A stretch of 64,000 nt of DNA, taken from assembly GCA_963774455.1 (NCBI GenBank), contig CAVZFD010000005.1, positions 865,055 to 929,054 of the forward strand. The letters run 5' to 3'. The notes beneath the pieces were generated by a model. The model was given only the letters and a program-made list of their open reading frames with translations. It searched no databases and had not been told where the DNA came from. The first letter of the stretch is position 1. The number at the start of each line of letters is the position of its first letter. This document shows positions 19,249-28,677 of the stretch, in pieces. The DNA is from an uncultured Ignavibacteria bacterium (lineage in GTDB: Bacteria > Bacteroidota > Ignavibacteria > Ignavibacteriales > Ignavibacteriaceae). Made by a program: the position numbers and the translations under genes.

Positions 19249-20100
19249 ATGCTCACCGTTCTTGAATCAATTAAACTATCGACCGAGTATCTTGAAAAAA
19301 AAGGTATTGAATCACCCAGGATAAATGCAGAACTACTTCTCGCACATATTCTGAAATGCAAAAGACTTGATCTTTACCTTACGTTCGACCGTCCTCTTAG
19401 TGAAGAAGAGGTTACCTTATACAGAAGTTTCCTTAAAAGAAGAGGAGATTATGAACCTCTGCAGTATATTGTGGGATCGGTCGAATTTTATGGACTTCCG
19501 TTTTATGTAAATTCCTCGGTACTCATTCCAAGGCAGGAAACCGAAATACTTGTTGAGGAAATAATAGAGCAAAATAAAAACAATCCGGGTATAAAAATAC
19601 TTGACATAGGTACAGGCAGCGGAAATATAGCCATCTCACTTGCAAAGAATCTTCCGGGATCAGAAGTGGTCGGAACCGATATAAGTAAAGACGCACTTAA
19701 TATTGCGGGGGAAAATTCTATACTCAACTGTACTGAAAACCAGGTGAGGTTTATAGAAAATGATATACTTGGAAGTTATCCTGAAGAAAAAAGTTTTGAT
19801 GTAATTGTATCCAATCCTCCATATGTATCAGTAAAAGATTTTGAGAAACTCAGGCCTGAATTAAAAGTTTATGAACCCCGGCAGGCGTTGACGGATAATG
19901 GTGACGGACTGATTTACTACAAAGAAATAAGTGTAAGGGCAAAAGAACTATTACGACGCGGGGGCAGATTATACTTTGAGACCGGTGAGGGTCAGTCGGC
20001 GGCGGTGAAAAAAATACTTGAAGAAAACAATTTCAGTTCAATCAGAGTTAAAAACGATTATCTTGATATAGAAAGAGTGATTTCCGGAGAGATGAATTGA
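19249..20100 (+). CDS. prmC: peptide chain release factor N5-glutamine methyltransferase
   Basis: SAM motif ILDIGTGSGNIA and the catalytic NPPY motif (VSNPPYV). I prefer the ATG at 19249 (MLTVLE) over the TTG at 19243. Confidence 0.88.
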   Translation: MLTVLESIKLSTEYLEKKGIESPRINAELLLAHILKCKRLDLYLTFDRPLSEEEVTLYRSFLKRRGDYEPLQYIVGSVEFYGLPFYVNSSVLIPRQETEILVEEIIEQNKNNPGIKILDIGTGSGNIAISLAKNLPGSEVVGTDISKDALNIAGENSILNCTENQVRFIENDILGSYPEEKSFDVIVSNPPYVSVKDFEKLRPELKVYEPRQALTDNGDGLIYYKEISVRAKELLRRGGRLYFETGEGQSAAVKKILEENNFSSIRVKNDYLDIERVISGEMN

Positions 20101-20555
20101 GAGTGGTAGTACAGAAAGTCGCAAAAGGCGGCGTGAGCATTCATGAGGAAGACTATATTCAGGAAATTGGCAGGGGATTGGTGATTTTGCTGGGGATAAG
20201 AACAGGCGATACCGAAAAAGATGTGAATTTCCTTGCAGATAAATGCAGCAGCCTGAGAATATTTTCGCGTGAGGATTCAGGCGATATAAAGATGAACTTC
20301 TCAGTAAAAGATATAGATGGAGAGGCGCTGGTTATTTCTCAGTTCACCCTTTATGGTGATGCATCAAGAGGAAACAGGCCCGGGTTCACAGATGCAGCAA
20401 GACCGGGTGAAGCTGTGCCTCTATATGAAAAATTTATCGAAAGAATGAAGTTCAACCTGGGAGATGAAAAAGTTAAATCCGGCATATTTGGGGCAATGAT
20501 GGAAGTAAGGATCTTTAATGATGGTCCTGTTACAATAATTATCGATTCAAAATAA
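20097..20555 (+). CDS. dtd: D-aminoacyl-tRNA deacylase
   Basis: MRVVVQKV N-terminus, SQFTLYGD, and the GNRPGF motif. 152 aa. Confidence 0.92.
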   Translation: MRVVVQKVAKGGVSIHEEDYIQEIGRGLVILLGIRTGDTEKDVNFLADKCSSLRIFSREDSGDIKMNFSVKDIDGEALVISQFTLYGDASRGNRPGFTDAARPGEAVPLYEKFIERMKFNLGDEKVKSGIFGAMMEVRIFNDGPVTIIIDSK

Positions 20556-20565
20556 AAGTATTCAT

Positions 20566-21471
20566 GTGAATCCGGTATTAATGATATTCCTTGATGGTGT
20601 CGGAATAGGCAAAATGGATTTTGAATTTAATCCTTTCTTTAAATACGGGTTTAAAACCTTTACCGCACTTTTCGGGAATGTTCCTACTCTTGACAACCAG
20701 CACCTGACAAAAAACGGTTTTTATTTGACTCCGGTCGACGCCGCACTGGGAGTAGAAGGTTTACCTCAGAGCGGTACCGGGCAGACATCCATATTCTGCG
20801 GGATGAATGCTGCTGAATATGTGGGCAAGCACTTTGGCCCTTATCCATACTCAACCCTGGTACCGATTATAAAAGAACACAACATATTTGCGGAATTTCT
20901 TTCAAAGGGCCGGAAGGCTTTGTTTGCGAATGCATATCCCAAAGTATTTTTTGATTACCTGAGTTCGGGGAAGTCAAGACTCAGCGTTACATCCTTAAGT
21001 GCGAAGCTAAGCGGACTCAGGCTGAATCGTGTATCCGAGGTCAGAAGGGGAACTGCATTAACAGCGGAAATTACTAATGAGAGGTGGAATAAAAAGCTTG
21101 GATACACCCTTCCTGTTATCAGACCAGAGACAGCAGGGAGGAGACTGATCAGAATGGCGATGAAAAACGATTTCACCTTGTATGAATATTTCATTACTGA
21201 TCACCTTGGACATGGGCGGTACGACGATGATATCGAAACAACATTACTGACACTGGATAATTTCCTATTTACTGTTTTAAATGAGGCCGATAAATCTAAA
21301 TTTACAATTGTTATCTGTTCGGATCATGGCAACTTTGAGGATTTATCAATCAAGACTCACACTTTAAATCCCTCGCTTTTTATCACTGCCGGTAAAAATG
21401 CGGAATCTCTGTCTGCCGATGTGAAAAACCTTACCCAGATTAAAGATGCGATACTCAGGACCTGTGGATGA
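20566..21471 (+). CDS. alkaline-phosphatase-superfamily metalloenzyme (cofactor-independent mutase / phosphopentomutase-like)
   Basis: FLDGVGIG, QSGTGQTS and CSDHGN metal-ligand-like motifs. The exact activity cannot be assigned by eye. Confidence 0.6.
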   Translation: MNPVLMIFLDGVGIGKMDFEFNPFFKYGFKTFTALFGNVPTLDNQHLTKNGFYLTPVDAALGVEGLPQSGTGQTSIFCGMNAAEYVGKHFGPYPYSTLVPIIKEHNIFAEFLSKGRKALFANAYPKVFFDYLSSGKSRLSVTSLSAKLSGLRLNRVSEVRRGTALTAEITNERWNKKLGYTLPVIRPETAGRRLIRMAMKNDFTLYEYFITDHLGHGRYDDDIETTLLTLDNFLFTVLNEADKSKFTIVICSDHGNFEDLSIKTHTLNPSLFITAGKNAESLSADVKNLTQIKDAILRTCG

Positions 21472-23861
21472 AGGATTTTCCGGTAATCAGGGTTACGGTA
21501 TCATTTGCCGCCGGAATAGTTTTGCAATCTTTTTTCGCTCTGACAATATTATATGATCTTCTGTTATTGGGGATCTTCTTTTCGTTTTCTGTAATATTCC
21601 ACCTGGTGCGAAAGAGGAAACCCAGGTATGGAGCGACATCCGTCCTTATACTTTTACTTCCCCTTTCAGTGGGGTATACTTCAGGGCAGATGCAGCGTAA
21701 TAATCAAAATATAATTCCGGATTCGATATATGTGGTCAGGGATTTCACTGCATACGGCCGTATTTCTAATATCAACCTTCCCTCCCGGAACGGGTTTTCA
21801 TTCCTCTTAAAGACTGATTCAATCCGGGCAGGGAGTACCGTCAATACAAGGGTAAATCTTTTATGCAAGATCCTGGATGACAGCGCAGATTCTTTATTTG
21901 CAAGGCTTGAACCCGGAAATGGTATATCAATAACCGGAACATACAGAAAAGGAAGAGAGGAACGTAACCCGGGGGAGTTTGATTATAACAAATACCTGCA
22001 TTCACAGGATATCAGCGGTATAATATACGTCTATGAAAAAAATAATATTTCAGTAATATCCCGAGAGGCCTATTCATTCACGCGGATGCTATTTTCAGCC
22101 AGGAAACTTATCGATGAAATAATCACATCGCTGCACACACCGGAAACCACTGCATTATTGAAAGGATTAATCCTGGCTGACAGAAGCGACATAAATTTTG
22201 AGACGAGGAGCCAGTTTGTTAATTCGGGAGTTGCCCATATACTTGCTGTGTCAGGACTGCATGCCGGATTTATAGCTCTGATCTTTTTTGCACTTATGGG
22301 AAGACTTAATTTATACATGCGGTCGATCCTGACTATTACCGGTTTGGTTCTGTTTATGTTTCTTACCGGGACACCTGCTTCGGTTTTCCGTGCTGTTGTA
22401 ATGGCAATAGTACTTATTACAGCGTTCCTTTTAAACCGGTCGACTAATATCTATAACTCCCTTGCTATTGCAGCCTTAATTTTACTTGCTATCGCACCTT
22501 CTGAAATATTTAATCCCGGTTTTCAGCTATCTTTCACAGCCGTCCTATCTATTGCTTACTTTTATCCCCGTTTTGAACAACTGGTAGACAGCGCCGGGAT
22601 AAAATACAGACCCTTGAAATCTATCCTCCTGTTTGCATCTCTGTCACTCAGTGCCCAGGTTGGAACGTTTTCGATAACAATAGTCTATTTCGAAAAATTC
22701 TCACTTATAGCTCTGATCGTCAATCTTGTGGTTATCCCTCTTTCAGGAATCATAATTGGAACAGCCATAACTACCCTGATCATTTTCCCATTTTCAGTCT
22801 GGGCGGCATCTGTTTATGCTGCGGCAAACAACATGTTTTCCGGCCTGTTATTGACATTGGTTAAATGGGCAGGTTCATTTAAATACTCTTCTCTGGATGT
22901 TGTTAATTATTCCCGGACGGATGCTGTTATCTTTTATATTTTCATATTTGCCGGTATCTTTTTAGCCAGGTATCTTAAATCCTACCGTGCCGTTTTAATA
23001 TTTATGATACTTATTGCGGCAAATATCTATACCTATTCTTCTTCAGGTGAGAATAGTACAACAGGTAGAAACAAATTAAACATATTTATGCTCGATGTAG
23101 GTCAGGGGGATTCATTCATCTTAAAATTTCCTGATGGTGAGGCTGCGTTAGTCGATGCAGGCAATGCTTCTCAATATTTTGATAATGGAGAAAGAATTAT
23201 AATGCCTGCTATGAGAAAGCTGGGTATAAAGAAATTCAAATATGCGTTTATATCTCACATTGATATTGATCATTACGGCGGTATTATTTCACTCATAGAA
23301 AATAAGAAAATAGAAAAAGTATTTAAGCCATTTCCGGATACAGCTTCTGTTAAAGACAGACGGTTTGAAAAATATCTTAGGAATAAAAAAATCCCAAGTG
23401 ATTATTATTCGAGGAGGAAGATCCGGATTGGAGATGCAGAAGTATTTATTCTAAATAACAATACACATTTTACTACGGGCGGAAATGCACTTAACAATAG
23501 CAGCGGAATAATAAAAGTTGAATTCGGCCGGACCTCTTTCCTATTTGCAGGAGATATCGATAAAAAGGGAGAAAGCTATTACTCGAAAAAGTATAGTAAT
23601 TTCCTGGATGCCGATGTATTGAAAGTCAGTCATCATGGAAGCAGGACAGGTTCTTCGTATGAATTTATCAAATCAGTTTCCCCTGAAATAAGCCTAATCA
23701 GCTGCGGCATCAAAAATATGTTTGGTCATCCTTCCCAGGAGGTAATCGACCGGCTGCAGGAATCAGGTTCACTAATATGCCGAACCGACCTGGAAGGATG
23801 TGTGCTCCTTCAATCTGACGGAATGAAGATAAGCAGGATTGATTGGAAAAATTATTATTAA
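21468..23861 (+). CDS. comEC: DNA internalisation competence protein ComEC/Rec2 with a C-terminal metallo-beta-lactamase domain
   Basis: Multi-TM competence domain (GVAHILAVSGLH) and an MBL domain (MLDVGQGDS, SHIDIDHYGG, KVSHHGS). Confidence 0.88.
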   Translation: MKDFPVIRVTVSFAAGIVLQSFFALTILYDLLLLGIFFSFSVIFHLVRKRKPRYGATSVLILLLPLSVGYTSGQMQRNNQNIIPDSIYVVRDFTAYGRISNINLPSRNGFSFLLKTDSIRAGSTVNTRVNLLCKILDDSADSLFARLEPGNGISITGTYRKGREERNPGEFDYNKYLHSQDISGIIYVYEKNNISVISREAYSFTRMLFSARKLIDEIITSLHTPETTALLKGLILADRSDINFETRSQFVNSGVAHILAVSGLHAGFIALIFFALMGRLNLYMRSILTITGLVLFMFLTGTPASVFRAVVMAIVLITAFLLNRSTNIYNSLAIAALILLAIAPSEIFNPGFQLSFTAVLSIAYFYPRFEQLVDSAGIKYRPLKSILLFASLSLSAQVGTFSITIVYFEKFSLIALIVNLVVIPLSGIIIGTAITTLIIFPFSVWAASVYAAANNMFSGLLLTLVKWAGSFKYSSLDVVNYSRTDAVIFYIFIFAGIFLARYLKSYRAVLIFMILIAANIYTYSSSGENSTTGRNKLNIFMLDVGQGDSFILKFPDGEAALVDAGNASQYFDNGERIIMPAMRKLGIKKFKYAFISHIDIDHYGGIISLIENKKIEKVFKPFPDTASVKDRRFEKYLRNKKIPSDYYSRRKIRIGDAEVFILNNNTHFTTGGNALNNSSGIIKVEFGRTSFLFAGDIDKKGESYYSKKYSNFLDADVLKVSHHGSRTGSSYEFIKSVSPEISLISCGIKNMFGHPSQEVIDRLQESGSLICRTDLEGCVLLQSDGMKISRIDWKNYY

Positions 23862-23900
23862 ATTAGTATAGTTTATTTCACGGGATAAATTAAAGGAAAA

Positions 23901-25037
23901 ATGGAAAAAAGAACCCGAATAGGAATACTCGGAGGAGGGCAGCTTGCCAGGATGTCAGCGTACCAGGCATATAAGCTGGGATTTGAGATCGCAATTATGG
24001 AGAAGGTCCCGCAGTCGCCGGCGGGAATGCTGACAAAATACGATTACGCAGGGTGGATTGATGATAAAAAACTTCTCAGGAAATTTGCCAAAAGCTGTGA
24101 TATTATTACCCTTGAGAACGAATTTATCGATTATAAGGAGCTTGAATTTATAGAGAGGCTCGGCAGGAAAGTTCTGCCTCATTCCAAAACAATTTCACTT
24201 ATTCAGGATAAGTTTATTCAGAAAAAGACTTTCAGAAGGAATGGGATTCCCGTTCCGGAATTCATTGATGTAAAAGGTTCGGCTACATATGATTTAATTG
24301 CCAAAAAGCTGGGAAACAGGTTCATACTGAAATCAAGGAAGATGGGCTATGATGGTTACGGCAATGCTTTCGTAAAAGATGAGAAAAGTTATACTGAAGG
24401 TATAAAAGAACTGACTGAACGACACTCTGAATTAATGGCAGAGGAACTGATCAACTTCAGGAAAGAGCTGGCTGTGATGATTGTCCGTACAAAAAAGGAA
24501 ACAAGAGCCTACCCGATTGTTGAAACTATTCAGAAGGATCATATCTGTCATACAGTGATCGCTCCTGCAGATATCAACAATAAACTAAGGAAAAAAGCAG
24601 AAGAAATTTCAATAAAAGCCGTTGAGGCAGTAAAAGGCATAGGCATATTCGGGATTGAGCTATTCATTACCGGGGATAATAGAATATTAGTAAACGAAAT
24701 GGCTCCTCGTCCTCACAACTCAGGCCATTATACAATTGAGGCATGTGTTACTTCACAGTTTGAAAATCACATCCGTGCTGTTCTGAATCTTCCTTTGGGA
24801 TCGACAGAAATGGTAAAACCAGCTGCGGTAATGATCAACCTTCTGGGTAAAAAGGAAGGTCGTGGTATAGTTGAAGATTACGGGGAAGCATTAAAAGATG
24901 AAAATGTACATCTTCATATATACGGTAAGGAAAAGTCCAGGCATGGAAGAAAGATGGGACACATTACTATGCTTGGCGGCAATACCGGAACATTACTAGC
25001 GAGGCTGAAAAAAATTGAACAAAAAATAATTATTTAG
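23901..25037 (+). CDS. purK: 5-(carboxyamino)imidazole ribonucleotide synthase
   Basis: [12 protein letters not shown]-terminus, ATP-grasp motifs, and [14 protein letters not shown]. Confidence 0.9.
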   Translation: MEKRTRIGILGGGQLARMSAYQAYKLGFEIAIMEKVPQSPAGMLTKYDYAGWIDDKKLLRKFAKSCDIITLENEFIDYKELEFIERLGRKVLPHSKTISLIQDKFIQKKTFRRNGIPVPEFIDVKGSATYDLIAKKLGNRFILKSRKMGYDGYGNAFVKDEKSYTEGIKELTERHSELMAEELINFRKELAVMIVRTKKETRAYPIVETIQKDHICHTVIAPADINNKLRKKAEEISIKAVEAVKGIGIFGIELFITGDNRILVNEMAPRPHNSGHYTIEACVTSQFENHIRAVLNLPLGSTEMVKPAAVMINLLGKKEGRGIVEDYGEALKDENVHLHIYGKEKSRHGRKMGHITMLGGNTGTLLARLKKIEQKIII

Positions 25038-25044
25038 GATAACA

Positions 25045-25536
25045 ATGAAAGAAAAGCCAATTGTCGGAGTAATAATGGGGAGCGATTCTGATTTACCGGT
25101 TATGAAAGAGGCCGGTTTGGTACTAGAGGAATTTAAAATTCCCTATGAAATAAAGATTGTCTCCGCGCACCGCACACCGAAATATATGGCGGAATACGGA
25201 TCAACCGCTCATGAAAAAGGGATTAAAGTTATAATTGCCGGGGCAGGGGGGGCAGCTCATCTTCCCGGAATGACGGCGGCGCATTCACCTCTCCCCGTAA
25301 TAGGCGTTCCTGTGAAATCGAAATCTTTAGACGGACTAGACTCCCTGCTCTCGATAGTGCAGATGCCCGGAGGAGTTCCCGTAGCAACAGTCGGTATCAA
25401 CCAGGCAAAGAATGCAGGACTTCTTGCTGTGCAGATCCTGGGTACTTCTGATCCGAATCTTCTGAAAAGTTTAGTAAGGTATAAGAAAAATCTTGAAAAA
25501 ACCTCGCTGCAAAAAAATGAGAAACTAATTATATAA
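25045..25536 (+). CDS. purE: 5-(carboxyamino)imidazole ribonucleotide mutase
   Basis: [19 protein letters not shown], and [10 protein letters not shown]. Confidence 0.93.
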   Translation: MKEKPIVGVIMGSDSDLPVMKEAGLVLEEFKIPYEIKIVSAHRTPKYMAEYGSTAHEKGIKVIIAGAGGAAHLPGMTAAHSPLPVIGVPVKSKSLDGLDSLLSIVQMPGGVPVATVGINQAKNAGLLAVQILGTSDPNLLKSLVRYKKNLEKTSLQKNEKLII

Positions 25537-26114
25537 AGGACACTGAAAAAGTTAATAATTATCAACAATTACTAATTTAATTTTTGATATTCTGATTTAT
25601 TTTCATTTTTTTCTTGCTAAATTCTGCAAATTTATTTATTGTTGTTCCCACGACAGGTAAACAGTAATATTCTTTATAAAGACACTTCTACCTTGAATAT
25701 TTAGGATAATTGTAAGAAATCTGTATTGATTATTCTTCAGTTGTTTTCCGGAGGTACGTGGATGGTTAATGCTTTACTTTTTTTGTTGTTCGCTGCTACT
25801 CTATATCTTTGTAAAAAAATTAAATCGGGGAATACAAAATCTTTTAACCACAGATCTTTCGTGTTTCCATGCATTTTTAGTCATATTCTATTAGTCAACA
25901 TTTTATCTATTAGAAGATAGTTATTCGATTGCTAAGAAGTCAGATTTGATTCGTTTAAACTTTTCGGTTTGGATCCGGTATAATTCTCAAATGCCTTTGT
26001 TGGTAAATAAACAAAAAAAGGAAACCGGTGACTGATGCAATGTCTCAGTTGCCTTAATGAAATCATAATCATTATCCTTAATTAACTAACTAAACCATAC
26101 AAAATGGAGGTTCT

Positions 26115-28157
26115 ATGACCAAGTTCTATTCTATAGTTCTCATCCTGGCTGTTGCTTTTATGGTAACAGACAATTTTGCCCAGGGGAAGAAGTCTGATTC
26201 AAATCAGCTTACTTTCAATCATTCATCACACATTATTGCCCCTCAGGTTGACGGGGTAGCGGCTTTACTTTACGATCAAACCGCCGGTTCATCCGGTAAT
26301 GGATATACATCCCAGGATTTCGAAGCATCTTTTGATGCTTACGATAATCAGGCAGCAGACGATTTTACCGCTGATGCTGACTGGACTGTAGACCAGGTAG
26401 TGGTGGTTGGTTCATATAGTGCTGCAGGTCCGGCACTTGGTTTTAATGTGTATTTTTATTCTAATAATGGCGGTATACCCGGAGCAGAAGTATATAGTGC
26501 CCTTAATCTTGCTTACACTTACGATGGCGGTACCGGTACATTTACCATTCCTCTTACTACAACGGCATCTTTGCCCGCCGGTGATTACTGGGTTTCAGTC
26601 CAGTGCCGGATGGATTTCAACGTAGGCGGACAATGGTACTGGGGCACTGTTACAGGTGCTTCTGGTGCTGTTGCAAAATGGCAGAACCCGGGCGGCGGGT
26701 TTGCAACATCCTGCGCGACCTGGGGCGATATCACTACCTGTATAGCTGCTACAGAAACCGATATGTATTTTGCACTTTATGGTACATCAGGCCCACTTGT
26801 TGGACCCGGACCGGCTACGGATCCTGTTCCTGCTGACGGGGCAACGAATGTTGATAATAACCAGGACATCAGCTGGACTAATCCCGGCGGAGCTACTTCT
26901 ATAGAAGTTTTCTTCGGTGATGATCCCGGAAACTTAGCTTCAGTTTACTCAGGTGCTCCTGTTTCAACATTTGATCCGGGCACATTGAGCTATAATCACG
27001 AATATTACTGGAAGGTTGATGAAACCGACGGTACAGGCACCACCAATGGTACTACCTGGTCGTTTACTACGATGCAGGATCCGAATATAGTAACCCTTAT
27101 GATGGATGATTTTGAATCAGGTCTTGGCAGCTGGACCGTAAGTTCAACAGTCGGATGTCCCTGGGAAGTATTCACAGACCCAGCTATAACAGGACGTTAT
27201 ACACTTCCTCCTACTGCTGGCGGCGGAATACTTGCAGCTGATGCAGATAATTGCGGCAGCGGCGGCGGCGGTTCATCAGGAGAGGTAACTTTTAACAACC
27301 CAATCGATGCATCCCAATATATGTCAGTTGCAGTAGAATGGGATAACGATTGGCAAGCCATCGGTACTACTGACTTTGCTTACGTTGATGTAAGTACTGA
27401 CGGCGGCACAACCTGGCAGAACGTTTCAACATTTAATGATACTGATGTCAGAAATACTCATGAATACCATGTTATCTCATCTCTGGTAGCAGGTCAGTCA
27501 TTCATGCTTCGTTTTGTTTCAGTACAGCCCGGATGGGACTGGTGGTGGGCAGTAGACAATGTAATGGTTACCGGCTGGGATATTGTTCCTGTTGAATTAT
27601 CATCATTTACAGCAAATGTATCCAACGGAAATGTTGTACTGAACTGGATAACCGCAACTGAAACAAATAATAAGGGATTCGAAGTTCAGAGAAGTAACGG
27701 CGGAGAATACCAGACAATCGGTTTCGTACAGGGTAACGGAACATCTACCCAGCAGCATTCATATACATATTCAGATCAGAATGTAGCTAACGGAGCCTAT
27801 AATTACAGGCTGAGACAGGTCGACTTCAATGGAGCAAGCGAATATTCACAGGTAGTAGAGGTAAGCATAAATAATCCTGTTGAATTCAATCTTGCCCAGA
27901 ACTATCCAAACCCGTTCAACCCTTCAACAAAAATCAACTACAGCCTTGCTGTAGATTCAAAAGTAACATTAAAAATATTTGATATACTTGGACAGGAAGT
28001 AACAGTACTTCTTAACGAGAATATCGCAGCAGGAAACCACAATGTTACATTTGATGCATCAAAGCTGAACAGCGGTGTATATCTGTATAAGATAGAAGCC
28101 AATGGTGTTGATGGAAGCAGTTTTACATCAGTCAAGAAAATGATCTTAACCAAGTAA
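26115..28157 (+). CDS. T9SS cargo protein A: unknown N-terminal beta-rich domain, FN3-like domain, MAM/jelly-roll-like module, FN3-like PVELxSF module and T9SS C-terminal sorting domain
   Basis: Signal peptide with GGAGG 6 nt upstream of the ATG. The C-terminus NYPNPFNPSTKINYSL...LNSGVYLYKIE...VKKMILTK is a typical Por/T9SS sorting tail. No catalytic motif recognised. Confidence 0.85.
   Translation: MTKFYSIVLILAVAFMVTDNFAQGKKSDSNQLTFNHSSHIIAPQVDGVAALLYDQTAGSSGNGYTSQDFEASFDAYDNQAADDFTADADWTVDQVVVVGSYSAAGPALGFNVYFYSNNGGIPGAEVYSALNLAYTYDGGTGTFTIPLTTTASLPAGDYWVSVQCRMDFNVGGQWYWGTVTGASGAVAKWQNPGGGFATSCATWGDITTCIAATETDMYFALYGTSGPLVGPGPATDPVPADGATNVDNNQDISWTNPGGATSIEVFFGDDPGNLASVYSGAPVSTFDPGTLSYNHEYYWKVDETDGTGTTNGTTWSFTTMQDPNIVTLMMDDFESGLGSWTVSSTVGCPWEVFTDPAITGRYTLPPTAGGGILAADADNCGSGGGGSSGEVTFNNPIDASQYMSVAVEWDNDWQAIGTTDFAYVDVSTDGGTTWQNVSTFNDTDVRNTHEYHVISSLVAGQSFMLRFVSVQPGWDWWWAVDNVMVTGWDIVPVELSSFTANVSNGNVVLNWITATETNNKGFEVQRSNGGEYQTIGFVQGNGTSTQQHSYTYSDQNVANGAYNYRLRQVDFNGASEYSQVVEVSINNPVEFNLAQNYPNPFNPSTKINYSLAVDSKVTLKIFDILGQEVTVLLNENIAAGNHNVTFDASKLNSGVYLYKIEANGVDGSSFTSVKKMILTK
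27075..27579 (+). repeat. about 505-bp near-identical module, copy 1 (inside cargo gene A)
   Basis: It aligns without gaps to 29611-30115. By-eye identity is roughly 85-90%, with identical runs up to about 35 nt (for example gctataacaggacgttatacacttcctcctactgc). Confidence 0.85.
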
Positions 28158-28173
28158 ACTGCCCCGTATTTTT

Positions 28174-28207
28174 AAAAAAGCCGATCCTCCTGGGTCGGCT
28201 TTTTTTG
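28174..28207 (+). terminator. intrinsic terminator after cargo gene A
   Basis: AGCCGATCC / GGGTCGGCT stem (one G.U pair) with a 4-nt loop, followed by TTTTTTTG. Confidence 0.65.
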
Positions 28208-28677
28208 TTTCAGATTGGCACGATGTTTTTTTTGCAATTAAAAAAGGCGGCAAATCTGTCCTGATTAATTGAAATAACTTGATAAAAGTGATAATGCTTC
28301 CCTCTAACAACTTCTTTTTATAATTTCATATCAAAATTATTGCGTTTATTAAGAAAATTATTTAGTTTGATTCTGAAAATAAACCCATATAGCTTATGAT
28401 CCGGTATCTGGGGAGGTTGATTTCTGATTGGATTTGTCAATTAGTTCATTAATACTTGTGATTCATAATTTACTTTCGGTACTGATTTGGATCGATCGTA
28501 CGATTTCAATTCCCTTCGGTCAGGCAGTTCGTGGAGGTATCTTTCTTTTCTATATTAATTTATTCTTTAATTATATAAATAATAGGAGGTATATAATTCT
28601 CTAAAATCTGGTTGCCTTTTCGAGAGGTGTTCTATTTAAAACTATTTTTCATATAATCTTACTAGGAGGAGTTAGTA

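Noticed and set aside
25726-25920. A 64-aa ORF in the long leader upstream of T9SS cargo gene A.
   Set aside because: It has a non-ATG start in the track, no Shine-Dalgarno sequence, and hydrophobic low-complexity sequence with no similarity I can recognise. It is more likely non-coding leader DNA. Only Ribo-seq could rescue it.
27255-27272. A GGC/AGC triplet run encoding the GSGGGGSSG loop (counterpart at 29791-29808), as a possible slippage-prone phase-variation tract.
   Set aside because: There are only about five to six imperfect triplets, any slippage would stay in-frame, and both paralogs have the same length. This is too short to argue for contingency behaviour.
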